In this document: piece by piece, positions 22,127 through 31,548 of the stretch
How the letters are laid out: every line of letters begins with the position of its first letter
Numbering within the stretch: the stretch's first letter is position 1
NCBI GenBank assembly: GCA_030830865.1
Contig: JAURME010000001.1
Coordinates: 14,750-78,749, forward strand
Length of the DNA stretch: 64,000 bases
Origin: Candidatus Nanopelagicales bacterium
GTDB taxonomy: Bacteria; Actinomycetota; Actinomycetes; S36-B12
Reading direction: 5' to 3'
Notes under the pieces: generated by a model
Databases searched by the model: none
What the model was told of the DNA's origin: nothing
The model's input: the letters and a program-made list of their open reading frames with translations, nothing else
Made by a program: the position numbers and the translations under genes

Positions 22127-22587
22127 TGGCCACCGTCGAGGAACGACTCGAGGCCCTCGGGCTCACCGTCCACGAGGTCGTCCCGCCCGTCGCCGCGTAT
22201 GTGCCGGCGGTCGTCAGCGGGCGCTACGTCTACACGTCTGGCCAGCTCCCCATGGTCGGGGGCACACTGCTCGAGACCGGCAAGGTCGGTGCCGAGGTCA
22301 CCCCGGAGCGGGCCGCGGAACTCGCTGCGGTCTGCGCGCTCAACGCGATCGCGGCGGTGAAGTCCGTCGCCCTGCTGGAGTCCGTGGTCCGGGTCGTCAA
22401 GGTGACCGGCTTCGTCGCCAGTGCGCCCGACTTCACCGGTCAGCCGGCAGTGATCAACGGGGCGAGCAACCTGCTGCTCGAGGCGTTTGGTGACGCCGGG
22501 GCCCACGCTCGGTCCGCCGTGGGCGTCGCGGTGCTGCCGCTCGACGCCCCGGTCGAGGTCGAGATGATCGTCGAGCTCGCCGACTAG
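22126..22587 (+). CDS. RidA/YjgF family protein
   Basis: ORF 21808..22587 trimmed to MATVEERLEALGL...YVYTSGQLP...ARSAVGVAVLPLDAPVEVEMIVEL. Confidence 0.8.
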   Translation: MATVEERLEALGLTVHEVVPPVAAYVPAVVSGRYVYTSGQLPMVGGTLLETGKVGAEVTPERAAELAAVCALNAIAAVKSVALLESVVRVVKVTGFVASAPDFTGQPAVINGASNLLLEAFGDAGAHARSAVGVAVLPLDAPVEVEMIVELAD

Positions 22588-23331
22588 GTGAGTCCGACCG
22601 TCCGCTCCGCTGCGACCGTTGTGCTGCTGCGCGACGGCATCGACGGGCTCGAGACCTTCCTGCTGCGCCGGGTGTCCTCGATGGCGTTCGCGCCGAACAT
22701 GCACGTGTTCCCGGGCGGGCGCCTCGACGACATCGACTTCGCGACCCCGATCACGGTCACAGGCGCGGATCAGGAGCTCTTGGCTGCGCGGGCGAGCGCG
22801 GATGTCGATGAACTCCGTGCCCTCTACGCCTGCGCGGTGCGCGAGACGCGTGAGGAGGCGGGTATCGAACTCGGCACGATCGCCTGCGACGGAACCCTGC
22901 AGGTCGACGTCGATGAGTTCCCGATCGTCGACCATTGGGTCACGCCGGAATTCGAGCCGCGTCGCTACGACGTGCGGTTCTTCGCCGCGATGATCACCGG
23001 CGACGATGCGCGGCTGACCACGACGGAGGCCGGCGAAGCCCTGTGGGTCCGACCGCCCGACGCCCTGGCCGCGCTGGCCGCGGGTGACATGCCGATGCTG
23101 GCGCCCACTGAGAGCGTCCTGCGGTGGCTGTCCGGCTTCACCGGCGCCTCGCAGGCGATCCTTGCCGGGGCCGAGAGGGAGGTGCGGCCGCTCCTTCCGC
23201 GGCGGCTCACCGGCGACGACGGGCGGGAGACGTGGGCTTTCGTGGACGACCGAACCGGCGAGGTGCTGCTCATGCCCGTCGACGCCCCCCACACGCGCGA
23301 GAGCGATGGACGGCCGATGGGCGCACCATGA
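22588..23331 (+). CDS. NUDIX hydrolase
   Basis: FPGGRLD...AVRETREEAGIEL Nudix box. Confidence 0.75.
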   Translation: MSPTVRSAATVVLLRDGIDGLETFLLRRVSSMAFAPNMHVFPGGRLDDIDFATPITVTGADQELLAARASADVDELRALYACAVRETREEAGIELGTIACDGTLQVDVDEFPIVDHWVTPEFEPRRYDVRFFAAMITGDDARLTTTEAGEALWVRPPDALAALAAGDMPMLAPTESVLRWLSGFTGASQAILAGAEREVRPLLPRRLTGDDGRETWAFVDDRTGEVLLMPVDAPHTRESDGRPMGAP

Positions 23332-24179
23332 GCGGTCACGTGCTGCCGCTGGCCGGGTCCGGCGACGCGTGGGCCGGCGGGGCGGTCACCTCCGTGGCCA
23401 CGTGCCTGCTCGCACCGAATCCGTCGCCCTGGACCCTGGACGGCACCAACACCTGGATCCTTGGCGACCGGGACGTCGTCGTCGTAGACCCGGGACCGGG
23501 GGATCCCGTGCACCTGCAGGCGATCCGGGACCACCTCGAGTCCCGCGACCTGCGGGTGTGTGGCGTCGTGCTGACGCACGGACACCTTGACCACTCCGAA
23601 GGTGCACGGGAGTTCGCCGAGTCCGCCCGCGTCGGCGTGCGGGCGTTCGACCCGGGGCATCGGCTCGGCGACGAGGGCCTCGTCGACGGCGACCTGCTGA
23701 CCGTGGGGGAGCACGACGTTCGGGTGATTGCGACCCCCGGCCACTCACGGGACAGTGTCAGCCTCGTGCTGCCGCACGACGGCTCACTGCTCACCGGCGA
23801 CACCGTGCTCGGGCGCGGGACGTCACTCGTCGCGTGGCCCGATGGCACTCTTGGGGACTACCTGGACAGCCTGCAGCGGCTCCGCGCACTGGTGGACGCG
23901 GCCGGGCTGTCGCGGATCCTGCCGGGCCACGGGCCGGTGCTTAGCAATCCGGCGGCGGTGCTCGACGCCTACCTCGACCATCGACGGGCGCGGTTGGCCG
24001 AGGTGGAGGACGTCGTCGCCAGCGGGGTCTCGGACGCGTCGGAGATCGTCGCGATCGTCTATGCAGACGTGCCCCGGGAGGTGTGGCCCGCGGCGGAGCT
24101 GACGGTGCGGGCCCAGCTCGCGTACCTGCAGGGCGGTGAGATCAGCGGGCGCGGCGGCCCAGGCGTTCCACGTCGATGA
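23328..24179 (+). CDS. MBL-fold metallo-hydrolase (Rv3677c-like)
   Basis: ORF 23124..24179 trimmed to ATG 23328 (ATGA overlap with the NUDIX stop). THGHLDHSEG motif. The 3' end overlaps the convergent crp gene by 38 bp. Confidence 0.8.
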   Translation: MSGHVLPLAGSGDAWAGGAVTSVATCLLAPNPSPWTLDGTNTWILGDRDVVVVDPGPGDPVHLQAIRDHLESRDLRVCGVVLTHGHLDHSEGAREFAESARVGVRAFDPGHRLGDEGLVDGDLLTVGEHDVRVIATPGHSRDSVSLVLPHDGSLLTGDTVLGRGTSLVAWPDGTLGDYLDSLQRLRALVDAAGLSRILPGHGPVLSNPAAVLDAYLDHRRARLAEVEDVVASGVSDASEIVAIVYADVPREVWPAAELTVRAQLAYLQGGEISGRGGPGVPRR

Positions 24180-24822
24180 TGAGCACCTGACGGGACTCCA
24201 GTCGGATCCAGCCGCGCTGGGCAAAGTCGGCGAGCGCCTTGTTGACGGTCTCGCGGGAGGCGCCGACGAGCTGCGCGATCTCCTCTTGGGTCATGTCGTG
24301 CGTGACCATCAGGCCCTCCGGCGTCACCTCGCCGAACTTCTCACCGAGGTCCATCAGGGCCTTGGCCACGCGTCCGGGCACATCGGAGAACACGAGATCG
24401 GCCATCGCATCATTGGTGCGACGGATGCGGCGGGCGAGGGCCTGCAGCAGCGCGGCGGCAACCTCAGGGCGGCCGCTGAGCCACGGCTTGAGCTGGTCAT
24501 GGCCGAGGGCGAGCACCACGGACTCGGTGAGCGCGGTGGCCGTCGAGGTGCGCAGGCCTGGATCGAACAGGCTCAGCTCACCGAACATCTCACCGGGGCC
24601 GAGGACACCCAGCAGGGACTCACGGCCGTCGACGGACGTCTGTCCCAGCTTCACCTTGCCGTCGACGATGACATACATGTGGTCGCCGGGCTGGCCCTCG
24701 GCGAAGATGACCTCTCCCTTGGTGACATCGCGGGGAACGAGGGAGGCCCGCAGGGCAGCGGCGCCCTCAGGGTCGAGGGCGGCGAACAGGGGTGACTGGA
24801 GGAAGGCGTCGTCCATGGTCAT
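24142..24822 (-). CDS. crp: cAMP receptor protein, Crp/Fnr family
   Basis: Near-colinear with my recollection of M. tuberculosis Crp (Rv3676): [59 protein letters not shown]. Start set at the Met preceded by GGAG. Confidence 0.9.
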   Translation of the reverse strand: MTMDDAFLQSPLFAALDPEGAAALRASLVPRDVTKGEVIFAEGQPGDHMYVIVDGKVKLGQTSVDGRESLLGVLGPGEMFGELSLFDPGLRTSTATALTESVVLALGHDQLKPWLSGRPEVAAALLQALARRIRRTNDAMADLVFSDVPGRVAKALMDLGEKFGEVTPEGLMVTHDMTQEEIAQLVGASRETVNKALADFAQRGWIRLESRQVLIIDVERLGRRAR

Positions 24823-24914
24823 CAGCTCCACATTCCGGTCACCGTCGCGGTGAGCCCTCGCGCCGGACCGCGGCGCTCTGCGGCGGGCGTTCCTGCCCGA
24901 CATACGCTATCGGC

Positions 24915-25637
24915 ATGGCATCGGCGGGCGATAGGGGCATCACGGAGGATGCGACTGCCACGAAACGCCGGGCCCGACGCATCGTCAAGAAGCTCGGTGA
25001 GACCTACCCGGACGCCCACTGCGAACTGGACTTCACCACCCCGCTGGAACTCCTCGTCGCGACCGTGCTGAGCGCCCAGTGCACCGACCAGCGCGTCAAC
25101 AAGGTCACTCCCGCGCTGTTCAGGCGCTACCGCGACGCGGCCGACTACGCCGGTGCGGACCGCGAGGAACTCGAGGCCCTCATTGCGCCGACCGGTTTCT
25201 ACCGCCAGAAGGCGAAGACCCTGCAGGCCCTCGGCCAGGGCATCTGCGACCGCTTCGGGGGAGAGGTCCCAGGACGCCTGGAGGACCTCGTGACATTGCC
25301 AGGGGTTGGTCGGAAGACGGCTAACGTCGTGCTGGGAGACGCCTTCGGCGTCCCGGGCATCACCGTCGACACCCATCTGGGGAGGCTCGCGCGACGGCTC
25401 GGCTGGACGCAGGAGAAGGACCCGGACAAGGTCGAGCGAGACCTCATGGAGCTGTTCCCGCGCAAGGACTGGACGCTGATGTCGCACCGTGTCATCTGGC
25501 ACGGACGACGCCGCTGCCATGCGACGCGCCCGGCATGCGGGGCGTGCCCGGTGGCACGCTGGTGCCCGGCGTTCGGCGAGGGTCCGACCGACCCGGACGA
25601 GGCCGAGCGACTGGTCCGCGATGCGGGGCGCGCGTGA
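24915..25637 (+). CDS. nth: endonuclease III
   Basis: Hh[17 protein letters not shown] and 4Fe-4S ligands [20 protein letters not shown] 24792 trimmed to ATG 24915. Confidence 0.9.
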   Translation: MASAGDRGITEDATATKRRARRIVKKLGETYPDAHCELDFTTPLELLVATVLSAQCTDQRVNKVTPALFRRYRDAADYAGADREELEALIAPTGFYRQKAKTLQALGQGICDRFGGEVPGRLEDLVTLPGVGRKTANVVLGDAFGVPGITVDTHLGRLARRLGWTQEKDPDKVERDLMELFPRKDWTLMSHRVIWHGRRRCHATRPACGACPVARWCPAFGEGPTDPDEAERLVRDAGRA

Positions 25638-26326
25638 CGCAGCAGTGGTCGCGCACGGGCCGGGTGCACCCGTTGGCCGTGCAGCACCTTCCGGTCTGGC
25701 TGCGCCCCGTGGCCGATGTCGCAGCGACGGCGACCGTCGACGCGCTCACCCGGTTCGCCCCACCTCACGGTGAGGGCCGGCACTCCGCCGTGCTCGTGCT
25801 CTTCGGCCCGGACCGCGACATCCTGCTCATCCGGAGGGCGAGCACCATGCGGTCGCATGCGGGCCAGCCCGCCCTCCCCGGCGGGGCACTGGATGAGGCT
25901 GACGAGTCCGCCGCGCACGCAGCCCTGCGCGAGGCGCTGGAGGAGACTGGTCTGGACCCGGCCGGAGTGCGCGTCTTCGCTGAACTGCCCGACCTGTGGG
26001 TGCCGGTGTCCGACTTCGTCGTCACGCCGATCCTGGGCTGGTGGGAGCATCCGTCCCCGATCGAGGCCCGCGACCCCGCGGAGGTGGCCAGCGTCCACCT
26101 GGTCGGCATCGACGAGTTCCTCGACCCGGCCAACCGCCTGCAGGTGGTCACGCCCTCGGGCTTCGTCGGACCGGCCTTCGACGTGCAGGGGCTGCTCGTG
26201 TGGGGGTTCACGGCCGGCCTGCTGTCTCGGCTGTTCGACGAGGTCGGCTGGACCCTGCCATGGGACCAGACCCGGATGGTGACGTTCGACGGCGAGGCGA
26301 TCATCGACCCGGGGGCCGTCGAGTGA
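25634..26326 (+). CDS. NUDIX hydrolase, CoA-pyrophosphatase type
   Basis: [30 protein letters not shown] start overlaps the nth stop (GTGA). Confidence 0.75.
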   Translation: MTQQWSRTGRVHPLAVQHLPVWLRPVADVAATATVDALTRFAPPHGEGRHSAVLVLFGPDRDILLIRRASTMRSHAGQPALPGGALDEADESAAHAALREALEETGLDPAGVRVFAELPDLWVPVSDFVVTPILGWWEHPSPIEARDPAEVASVHLVGIDEFLDPANRLQVVTPSGFVGPAFDVQGLLVWGFTAGLLSRLFDEVGWTLPWDQTRMVTFDGEAIIDPGAVE

Positions 26327-26339
26327 GCGCGGAGACACC

Positions 26340-27527
26340 GTGAGCATCGTCGACTGGGTCCTCATCGGCGCCTTGGTGGTGTTCGCGCTGGCCGGATGGT
26401 TCCGTGGCTTCGTCGCGGGCTTGCTCTCGTTCGTCGGCTTCCTCGGCGGCGGCCTGGCGGCCGCCTTCATCCTGCCGACCATCCTTGACACGTTCATCGA
26501 CACGGACTGGCTCCTCATCGCGGCCGTCGCCTTCGGGGTGCTCATCACGGCACTCATCGGTCAGTTCGCCGCGTCGATCCTGGGGCGTCGCCTGCGCGAT
26601 GGCATCACCTGGCATCCCGTGCGGCTCGTCGACAACATCGCCGGCGCCGCGCTGAACGTCTTCGCGTTCGCCGCTGTTGTATGGATCATCGCCAGCGCAC
26701 TGGCCTACCTGCCGATCGGCCCGGTGTCGGAGCAGGTGACCCAGTCGCGTGTCCTCATCGCACTGGACTCCGTGGTCCCGGTGCAGGCGCGCAATGCGTT
26801 CTCCAGCCTGCGCTCGATCGTCGGGCAGACGTCCGTTCCCCGGGTGTTCTCCGGACTGGCCCAGATCACCGGTCCAGATGTCGCCGCGCCGGACCCTGCC
26901 GCCATCACGCGGAAGGTGGATGACGATCGTGAGTCGATCGTGCAGGTCAGCGGTGAGACCCCGGAGTGCGCGTCCGGCGTCACGGGTTCGGGCTTCGTCA
27001 TCGACGACGGACTGGTCATGACGAACGCACATGTGGTGGCCGGCGTCGACACCCCGGAGGTGCGTGTGCGCCAAGGTGATCGACCGGAGCGGGCGACGGT
27101 CCTGTACTTCGACCCTTCGACCGACATCGCCCTGCTGGGAGTTCCCGGTCTGGCCGCGGCCCCCCTGCGACTCGCCGATGAGATGGCGCAGTCGGGAGAT
27201 CCGGCCGTCGTAGCCGGCTTCCCGCAGTCCGGCCCCTACCGGACGGAGCCCGTGCGCATCCGGACGACGGTGCGGGCGGTGGGCGACGACATCTACGGCC
27301 AGGCGGGCGTGGAGCGCGAGGTGTACGTGTTCCGCGGGCCCGTGATGCCCGGGAACTCCGGCGGTCCGCTGCTGGCGCCGAACGGCCGGGTGCTCGGGAT
27401 GGTGTTCGGAGCGGACGAGGAGGTGGAATCGACGGGGTACGCACTGACCGTGAATGAGCTGCAGAAGGTCGTGGACGCCCCGCGGTCCCGCACCGTGGAC
27501 ACCGGATCCTGCCGTATTCGCGATTGA
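26340..27527 (+). CDS. marP: MarP-type membrane serine protease (CvpA N-terminal domain plus trypsin-like domain)
   Basis: Four N-terminal TM helices, TNAHVV (His), DIALL (Asp), GNSGGPL (Ser). Confidence 0.85.
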   Translation: MSIVDWVLIGALVVFALAGWFRGFVAGLLSFVGFLGGGLAAAFILPTILDTFIDTDWLLIAAVAFGVLITALIGQFAASILGRRLRDGITWHPVRLVDNIAGAALNVFAFAAVVWIIASALAYLPIGPVSEQVTQSRVLIALDSVVPVQARNAFSSLRSIVGQTSVPRVFSGLAQITGPDVAAPDPAAITRKVDDDRESIVQVSGETPECASGVTGSGFVIDDGLVMTNAHVVAGVDTPEVRVRQGDRPERATVLYFDPSTDIALLGVPGLAAAPLRLADEMAQSGDPAVVAGFPQSGPYRTEPVRIRTTVRAVGDDIYGQAGVEREVYVFRGPVMPGNSGGPLLAPNGRVLGMVFGADEEVESTGYALTVNELQKVVDAPRSRTVDTGSCRIRD

Positions 27528-27571
27528 CGTTTCGGGGTTGCGCCCGTCACTTGACGCGTCACACTGGGGTG

Positions 27572-28030
27572 ATGGACGAAGTCACTGATGCATGCGACAG
27601 CCCCTCCCGACGGACATTCCTCATCGGCATGTGCGGTGCCGCGGCCGTGGCGGTCGGTGTGGGGCCGGCCCTCCTCGCCGGGGATGCCGTCGCGGCGACG
27701 GGAATCAAGCGCAAGAAGAACGGGCAGGTCGTCGTCACGGTGGGCAAGGTTCCGGCCCTGTCGAAGGTCGGTGGCCGGGTTCTCCTCGGCACTGTGAAGG
27801 GCGCGCCGGTCGCGGTCGTGCGGACCGGGACGTCGTCCTACACGGCCCTGGATCTCTCCTGCACCCATATGGGGGTCACGGTGAGGGAGTCCGCGGACGG
27901 CTGGACCTGCCCGGCGCACGGCTCGCAGTTCGCGGAGGACGGCGAGGTGACGGGAGGACCGGCGATGGCCGACCTCGCGCTGGTGCGCTCACGGTTCAAC
28001 GCGGGGAAGGGACGCCTCACCGTCGGCTGA
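27572..28030 (+). CDS. Tat-exported Rieske (2Fe-2S) protein
   Basis: Twin-arginine SRRTFLIG. Rieske ligands CTHMG and CPAHGSQF. ORF trimmed to ATG 27572. Confidence 0.75.
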   Translation: MDEVTDACDSPSRRTFLIGMCGAAAVAVGVGPALLAGDAVAATGIKRKKNGQVVVTVGKVPALSKVGGRVLLGTVKGAPVAVVRTGTSSYTALDLSCTHMGVTVRESADGWTCPAHGSQFAEDGEVTGGPAMADLALVRSRFNAGKGRLTVG

Positions 28031-28032
28031 CG

Positions 28033-29700
28033 TCAGCGCGGGGGCGTGAGTTCCTGCGCCACGAGGTAGGCCACGGTCAGGCCACGGCTCAGGGCAAAGC
28101 CGCTGTTGTAGCCACTGCCCGTCGTCGTCAGTGCCGCGACCGAGCCCACCGCGAAGAGTCCCGGAATGATCTCGCCGTGCTCGCCGAGCACGTGGCCGTC
28201 GCCGTCGGCCCGCAAGCCGCTTGACCCGATGCCCGTGCCGACGAACTTCAGTCGCGTCCCGTAGAACGGCGCCTCCGTCAGTGGGCCGAGCACCGGGCTC
28301 GGCTCGTGCGACGGGTCGCCGGCGAAGCGGAGGACGAACGGCACGCTGCCCCGCCCGAAGGCGGGGTCCTCACCCCTCGCCGCGTGAATGTTGAACTCAG
28401 CGACCGTGCGGGCCAGTTCTTCCCCGTCGACTCCCAACTGGGTGCCCAGGGAGACGAGGTCATGGGACTTCTTGACGAACTCCTCGGGGTACTCACCCCC
28501 GGGGGGTGTCAGCCCGAGCCCGTACTTGCGATGGTGCTGCTCGTCCCAGATGAGGAAGAACGGCAGGTGACGGTCCTCGGGGTTCAGCGCTCCGCGCACG
28601 ATCGTCACCCAGTAGGAGTCATCGCAGAACCGTCGCCCCGAGCGGTCCACCATCAGGCAGTGCGGCAGCGCGTACTCCGGGCCGTTGGAGACACCCGTCT
28701 CCGATCGGGAGTTCCAACCGGGGACGATCGGCACGCGCGTCGCAGGCACGCGGGCGATGTCGGCGCCGATCTTGCGCGCCATCGTGATTCCGTCACCCTG
28801 CAGACTGGTCGGCGCGAGGCTGCTGAAGTCCTCCGGACCCAGGCCGAGGAACTCCTCGACGAGAGTCGGGTTCCAGTCGTAGGTGCTGGTCGCGAGGACG
28901 ACAGGACCGTGCAGGTCGACGTCTCCGTCGGGGCCCTCTGCGTGCACGCCGATCACGGCACCGTCGTCGTCGATCAGCAGTTCGGTGACGCGCGTCGACA
29001 GCCGGATCTCGACCCCGGGCTCGCGCAGCAGGCGGGCCAGGAAGCTCGCGACCACGCCCGTGCCGAAGGTGAGCGGGTCGGCCCCGGCGACGCTGTGCGC
29101 ACCGACGTCGGTCTTTCCGAAGGCCGGCACTCCTGCGTGCTGGGCGATCTCGTCGTCCTCGTCGTGCTGGGCGAGGGAGGAACGACGGCCCTTGATATGC
29201 ATCTCGGCGTAGGTCATGCCGACCGGGAAGTTCGGGCTGACCCGCAGCAGGTCGCGCCACTCGCCGAGTGCGCTGCCGTCGATCACGGCGTTCGTCAGAT
29301 ACCGACCGACGCCAAGCGCCCCCGCGGCCTCGGAGTGGTAGTCAGCGAGCTCGGGGATGATCTCCCAGCGGATGGCGTCGATGTTCTCCCAGTACTTCAT
29401 GGCCTCCGGTGCGGTGCGGATCCAGCGGTGCATCGCGACCTCGTCCAGCAGATGCGGGTGGTCGGCGGTGAGGTCACGCACGTAGGCCTCGGTCAGCTCG
29501 AGGGAGTCCTCGATGCCGTCGCGCTCCTCCACATGGTTGGCTCCGACCCAGACCTGGCCTCCGGAGTAGGCCGCTGCCCCGCCGACGAGGTCGCTGGACT
29601 CCACGACGATCGCCCGACCGCCGCGCACCGCCACACCCAGCGCCGTGGCGAGGCCGGACAGCCCGGCCCCGACGACGATCACAGGTTGGTGCAGGTCCAT
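28033..29700 (-). CDS. FAD-dependent oxidoreductase (KstD/fumarate-reductase flavoprotein-like)
   Basis: VVGAGLSGLATA dinucleotide fold and C-terminal GLFAVGS motif. Confidence 0.75.
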   Translation of the reverse strand: MDLHQPVIVVGAGLSGLATALGVAVRGGRAIVVESSDLVGGAAAYSGGQVWVGANHVEERDGIEDSLELTEAYVRDLTADHPHLLDEVAMHRWIRTAPEAMKYWENIDAIRWEIIPELADYHSEAAGALGVGRYLTNAVIDGSALGEWRDLLRVSPNFPVGMTYAEMHIKGRRSSLAQHDEDDEIAQHAGVPAFGKTDVGAHSVAGADPLTFGTGVVASFLARLLREPGVEIRLSTRVTELLIDDDGAVIGVHAEGPDGDVDLHGPVVLATSTYDWNPTLVEEFLGLGPEDFSSLAPTSLQGDGITMARKIGADIARVPATRVPIVPGWNSRSETGVSNGPEYALPHCLMVDRSGRRFCDDSYWVTIVRGALNPEDRHLPFFLIWDEQHHRKYGLGLTPPGGEYPEEFVKKSHDLVSLGTQLGVDGEELARTVAEFNIHAARGEDPAFGRGSVPFVLRFAGDPSHEPSPVLGPLTEAPFYGTRLKFVGTGIGSSGLRADGDGHVLGEHGEIIPGLFAVGSVAALTTTGSGYNSGFALSRGLTVAYLVAQELTPPR

Positions 29701-29728
29701 CGTCGGTCCTCTCGTCGTGGGTGCGATG

Positions 29729-30118
29729 TCAGGTTAGTGAGCGGCAGCGATCGACGACCAGGCCGATTCCGGAGATGGCCACGCGGGACGCGCGACAGGA
29801 CTCAATGCCGATGAGAGCGCGCTCTGCCAGGCGACGAGCGCCCTCAGGGTTGCCACGTGCCTGGTGAGTTTCCGCTGCCCCCCATTGGGCAAGCGCTCGC
29901 CACAGATCGCGGTTGGTCGAGGAGCACGTGCGCCACCGCTCCTCGCACACCTCGTGGGCGTGGAAGGGAAGACCGCCGTCGACCAATGTCAGCGCGAGGG
30001 CGAGCACGCCCTCATCGGTGAGTCCCGCCGTGTCGGGCACCGGGGGAACGGACGGGTCCGGCGCGCTGCCGCGGGGCAGTGGCCTGCCCAGTCGGTCGCG
30101 AGGCCGGTCTCCCGTCAT
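29729..30118 (-). CDS. DUF309-like protein
   Basis: FHAHEVCEERWR...LAQWGAAETHQARGNPEGARRL pattern. Start ATG 30118 overlaps the upstream stop. Confidence 0.5.
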   Translation of the reverse strand: MTGDRPRDRLGRPLPRGSAPDPSVPPVPDTAGLTDEGVLALALTLVDGGLPFHAHEVCEERWRTCSSTNRDLWRALAQWGAAETHQARGNPEGARRLAERALIGIESCRASRVAISGIGLVVDRCRSLT

Positions 30119-31035
30119 GCGAGGCCAGGTCCCTGCAGCCACTCGATGAGCACGCGGGTGAACTCCGCGTCACTCTCCTCGTGCGGGAAGTGACCACTCG
30201 TGAGGTCGTATCGGGTGTACGACGCCCGCACGTACTCGTCGCTGCCGTCCACGCTGGTCGGCAGCACCATGGGGTCCTGCCCGCCGTGCACCTGCAGCAC
30301 CGGGCACTGCACCGGTGCCTCCATCAACGACATGTAGGCCAGCCCGTCAGGTCGCGCGACACTACGGACGGCCCAGCGGTGGTACTCCACTGCGGTGTGT
30401 GCGGTGGGCCAGCGCAGGAACGCGGCGCGATAGGACATCGCATCGTCGTTGTCCAGCCAGGCGTCATCCGCGGACCAGTCCCGGATGAGGCGCTCCACCC
30501 GGGCGCCGTCCTGCGCGGTCAGGGAGCGCTCGGGCACGAACGGCCACTGAAAGCCGACGGCGTAGCGCATCGCTGCGCGTTGGCGTCTGTCGTTCAGGAG
30601 CGCGTGCCGCAGCCGTCGCGGATGCGGCATGGAAACAGGAACGATCCCGCGCACCACCTCGGGCTCCAGTACCGCGGTCGACCACGCAACGAGGCCGCCC
30701 CAGCCGTGCCCGACGATCACCGCCTCGGTGATGCCCAGGCTCCGGATCACTCCCGCGACATCGGCCGAGAGCGTGCGGGGGTCGTAGCCCTCGGGCGGGT
30801 GGTCGCTGCCGCCATAGCCCCGCAGGTCCATCGCGATCGCGCGGAAACCCGCATCGGCCAGGGCCGTCAGCTGTCGTCGCCATGTCCACCAGAACATCGG
30901 GAAGCCGTGCAGCAGCACGACAGCAGGTCCGGTGCCGATGTCAACGACATGGAAGCGTGAGCCGTTTGCGGAGATGTCCCGGTGCGTCCACGGGCCCGCG
31001 GCCCGGATGACGGTGTCAGGAGGGGGGAGTGTCAC
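30115..31035 (-). CDS. alpha/beta hydrolase, epoxide-hydrolase-like (EphE position)
   Basis: HGFP oxyanion motif (LLHGFPMFWWTWRRQ), DLRGYGGS, elbow VGHGWGG (see findings). Confidence 0.8.
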   Translation of the reverse strand: MTLPPPDTVIRAAGPWTHRDISANGSRFHVVDIGTGPAVVLLHGFPMFWWTWRRQLTALADAGFRAIAMDLRGYGGSDHPPEGYDPRTLSADVAGVIRSLGITEAVIVGHGWGGLVAWSTAVLEPEVVRGIVPVSMPHPRRLRHALLNDRRQRAAMRYAVGFQWPFVPERSLTAQDGARVERLIRDWSADDAWLDNDDAMSYRAAFLRWPTAHTAVEYHRWAVRSVARPDGLAYMSLMEAPVQCPVLQVHGGQDPMVLPTSVDGSDEYVRASYTRYDLTSGHFPHEESDAEFTRVLIEWLQGPGLA

Positions 31036-31500
31036 TCAGGAACCGGCGGCGCGATCGTTCGAGACCTCGATGTCGACCTCGATCGCGACGAACTCCTCTG
31101 CCGCGGGGTGCCCGGTGGGGCTCCCGGACAGGGCCGCCTTCGTCTTCTCGAACTCGGACTTGGAGATCTCGGGAACCTTGATCTCGCTGAAGTTCTTTCG
31201 TGCGATGAGCCCCGTGACAGCTGCGCAGATGAGGAGCAGTGCGGCGACGATCAGCATGCCCGCCCAGATCGGCAGGCCCAACGCGACGATGACGAAAGCG
31301 AGGGTGAGCAGCAGGAACAGGCTCGCGAACGTGATGAGCCCGAGGGCCGCGATCCCCATCGCGCTGCCGATCCCGATCTTGCCGCCGGTCTCGGCCATCT
31401 CGGCCTGCAGGAGTGCGGCCTGGGCCTTGGCCAGACGCTGGGCGTCGGCAACGGTCTTGCTGACCAGGTCCTTGATGCTGGGCTGTGCTTGCGGCGGCAT
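31036..31500 (-). CDS. membrane protein of the actinobacterial holin-X / phage-holin-like family
   Basis: Two central TM helices flanked by charged termini. Occupies the position of Rv3669. Confidence 0.55.
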   Translation of the reverse strand: MPPQAQPSIKDLVSKTVADAQRLAKAQAALLQAEMAETGGKIGIGSAMGIAALGLITFASLFLLLTLAFVIVALGLPIWAGMLIVAALLLICAAVTGLIARKNFSEIKVPEISKSEFEKTKAALSGSPTGHPAAEEFVAIEVDIEVSNDRAAGS

Positions 31501-31548
31501 CGTTCCTCCGTTTCGACGCTGATCGCGAGATGCGCGACCCGCATCAGG

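Noticed and set aside
21952-23292. 446-aa minus-strand ORF
   Set aside because: Antisense to the DUF4177, RidA and NUDIX genes. It has no motifs and a shadow-type composition.
24837-24855. Palindrome GGTCACCG-TCG-CGGTGAGC in the crp leader, considered as a Crp autoregulatory site
   Set aside because: The half-site order is TCAC...GTGA with 8-bp spacing, not the TGTGA-N6-TCACA arrangement of Crp sites. It may be only a leader hairpin, and the evidence is too thin to call.
28306-29814. 502-aa + strand ORF
   Set aside because: Antisense shadow of the FAD-dependent oxidoreductase (28033..29700), which has a clear GAGLSG dinucleotide-binding motif.
31036-31500. Holin-family gene as a sign of a prophage
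   Set aside because: No endolysin, capsid, tail or integrase genes are adjacent. The gene sits in a block syntenic with mycobacterial core genes (ephE-like and acs).
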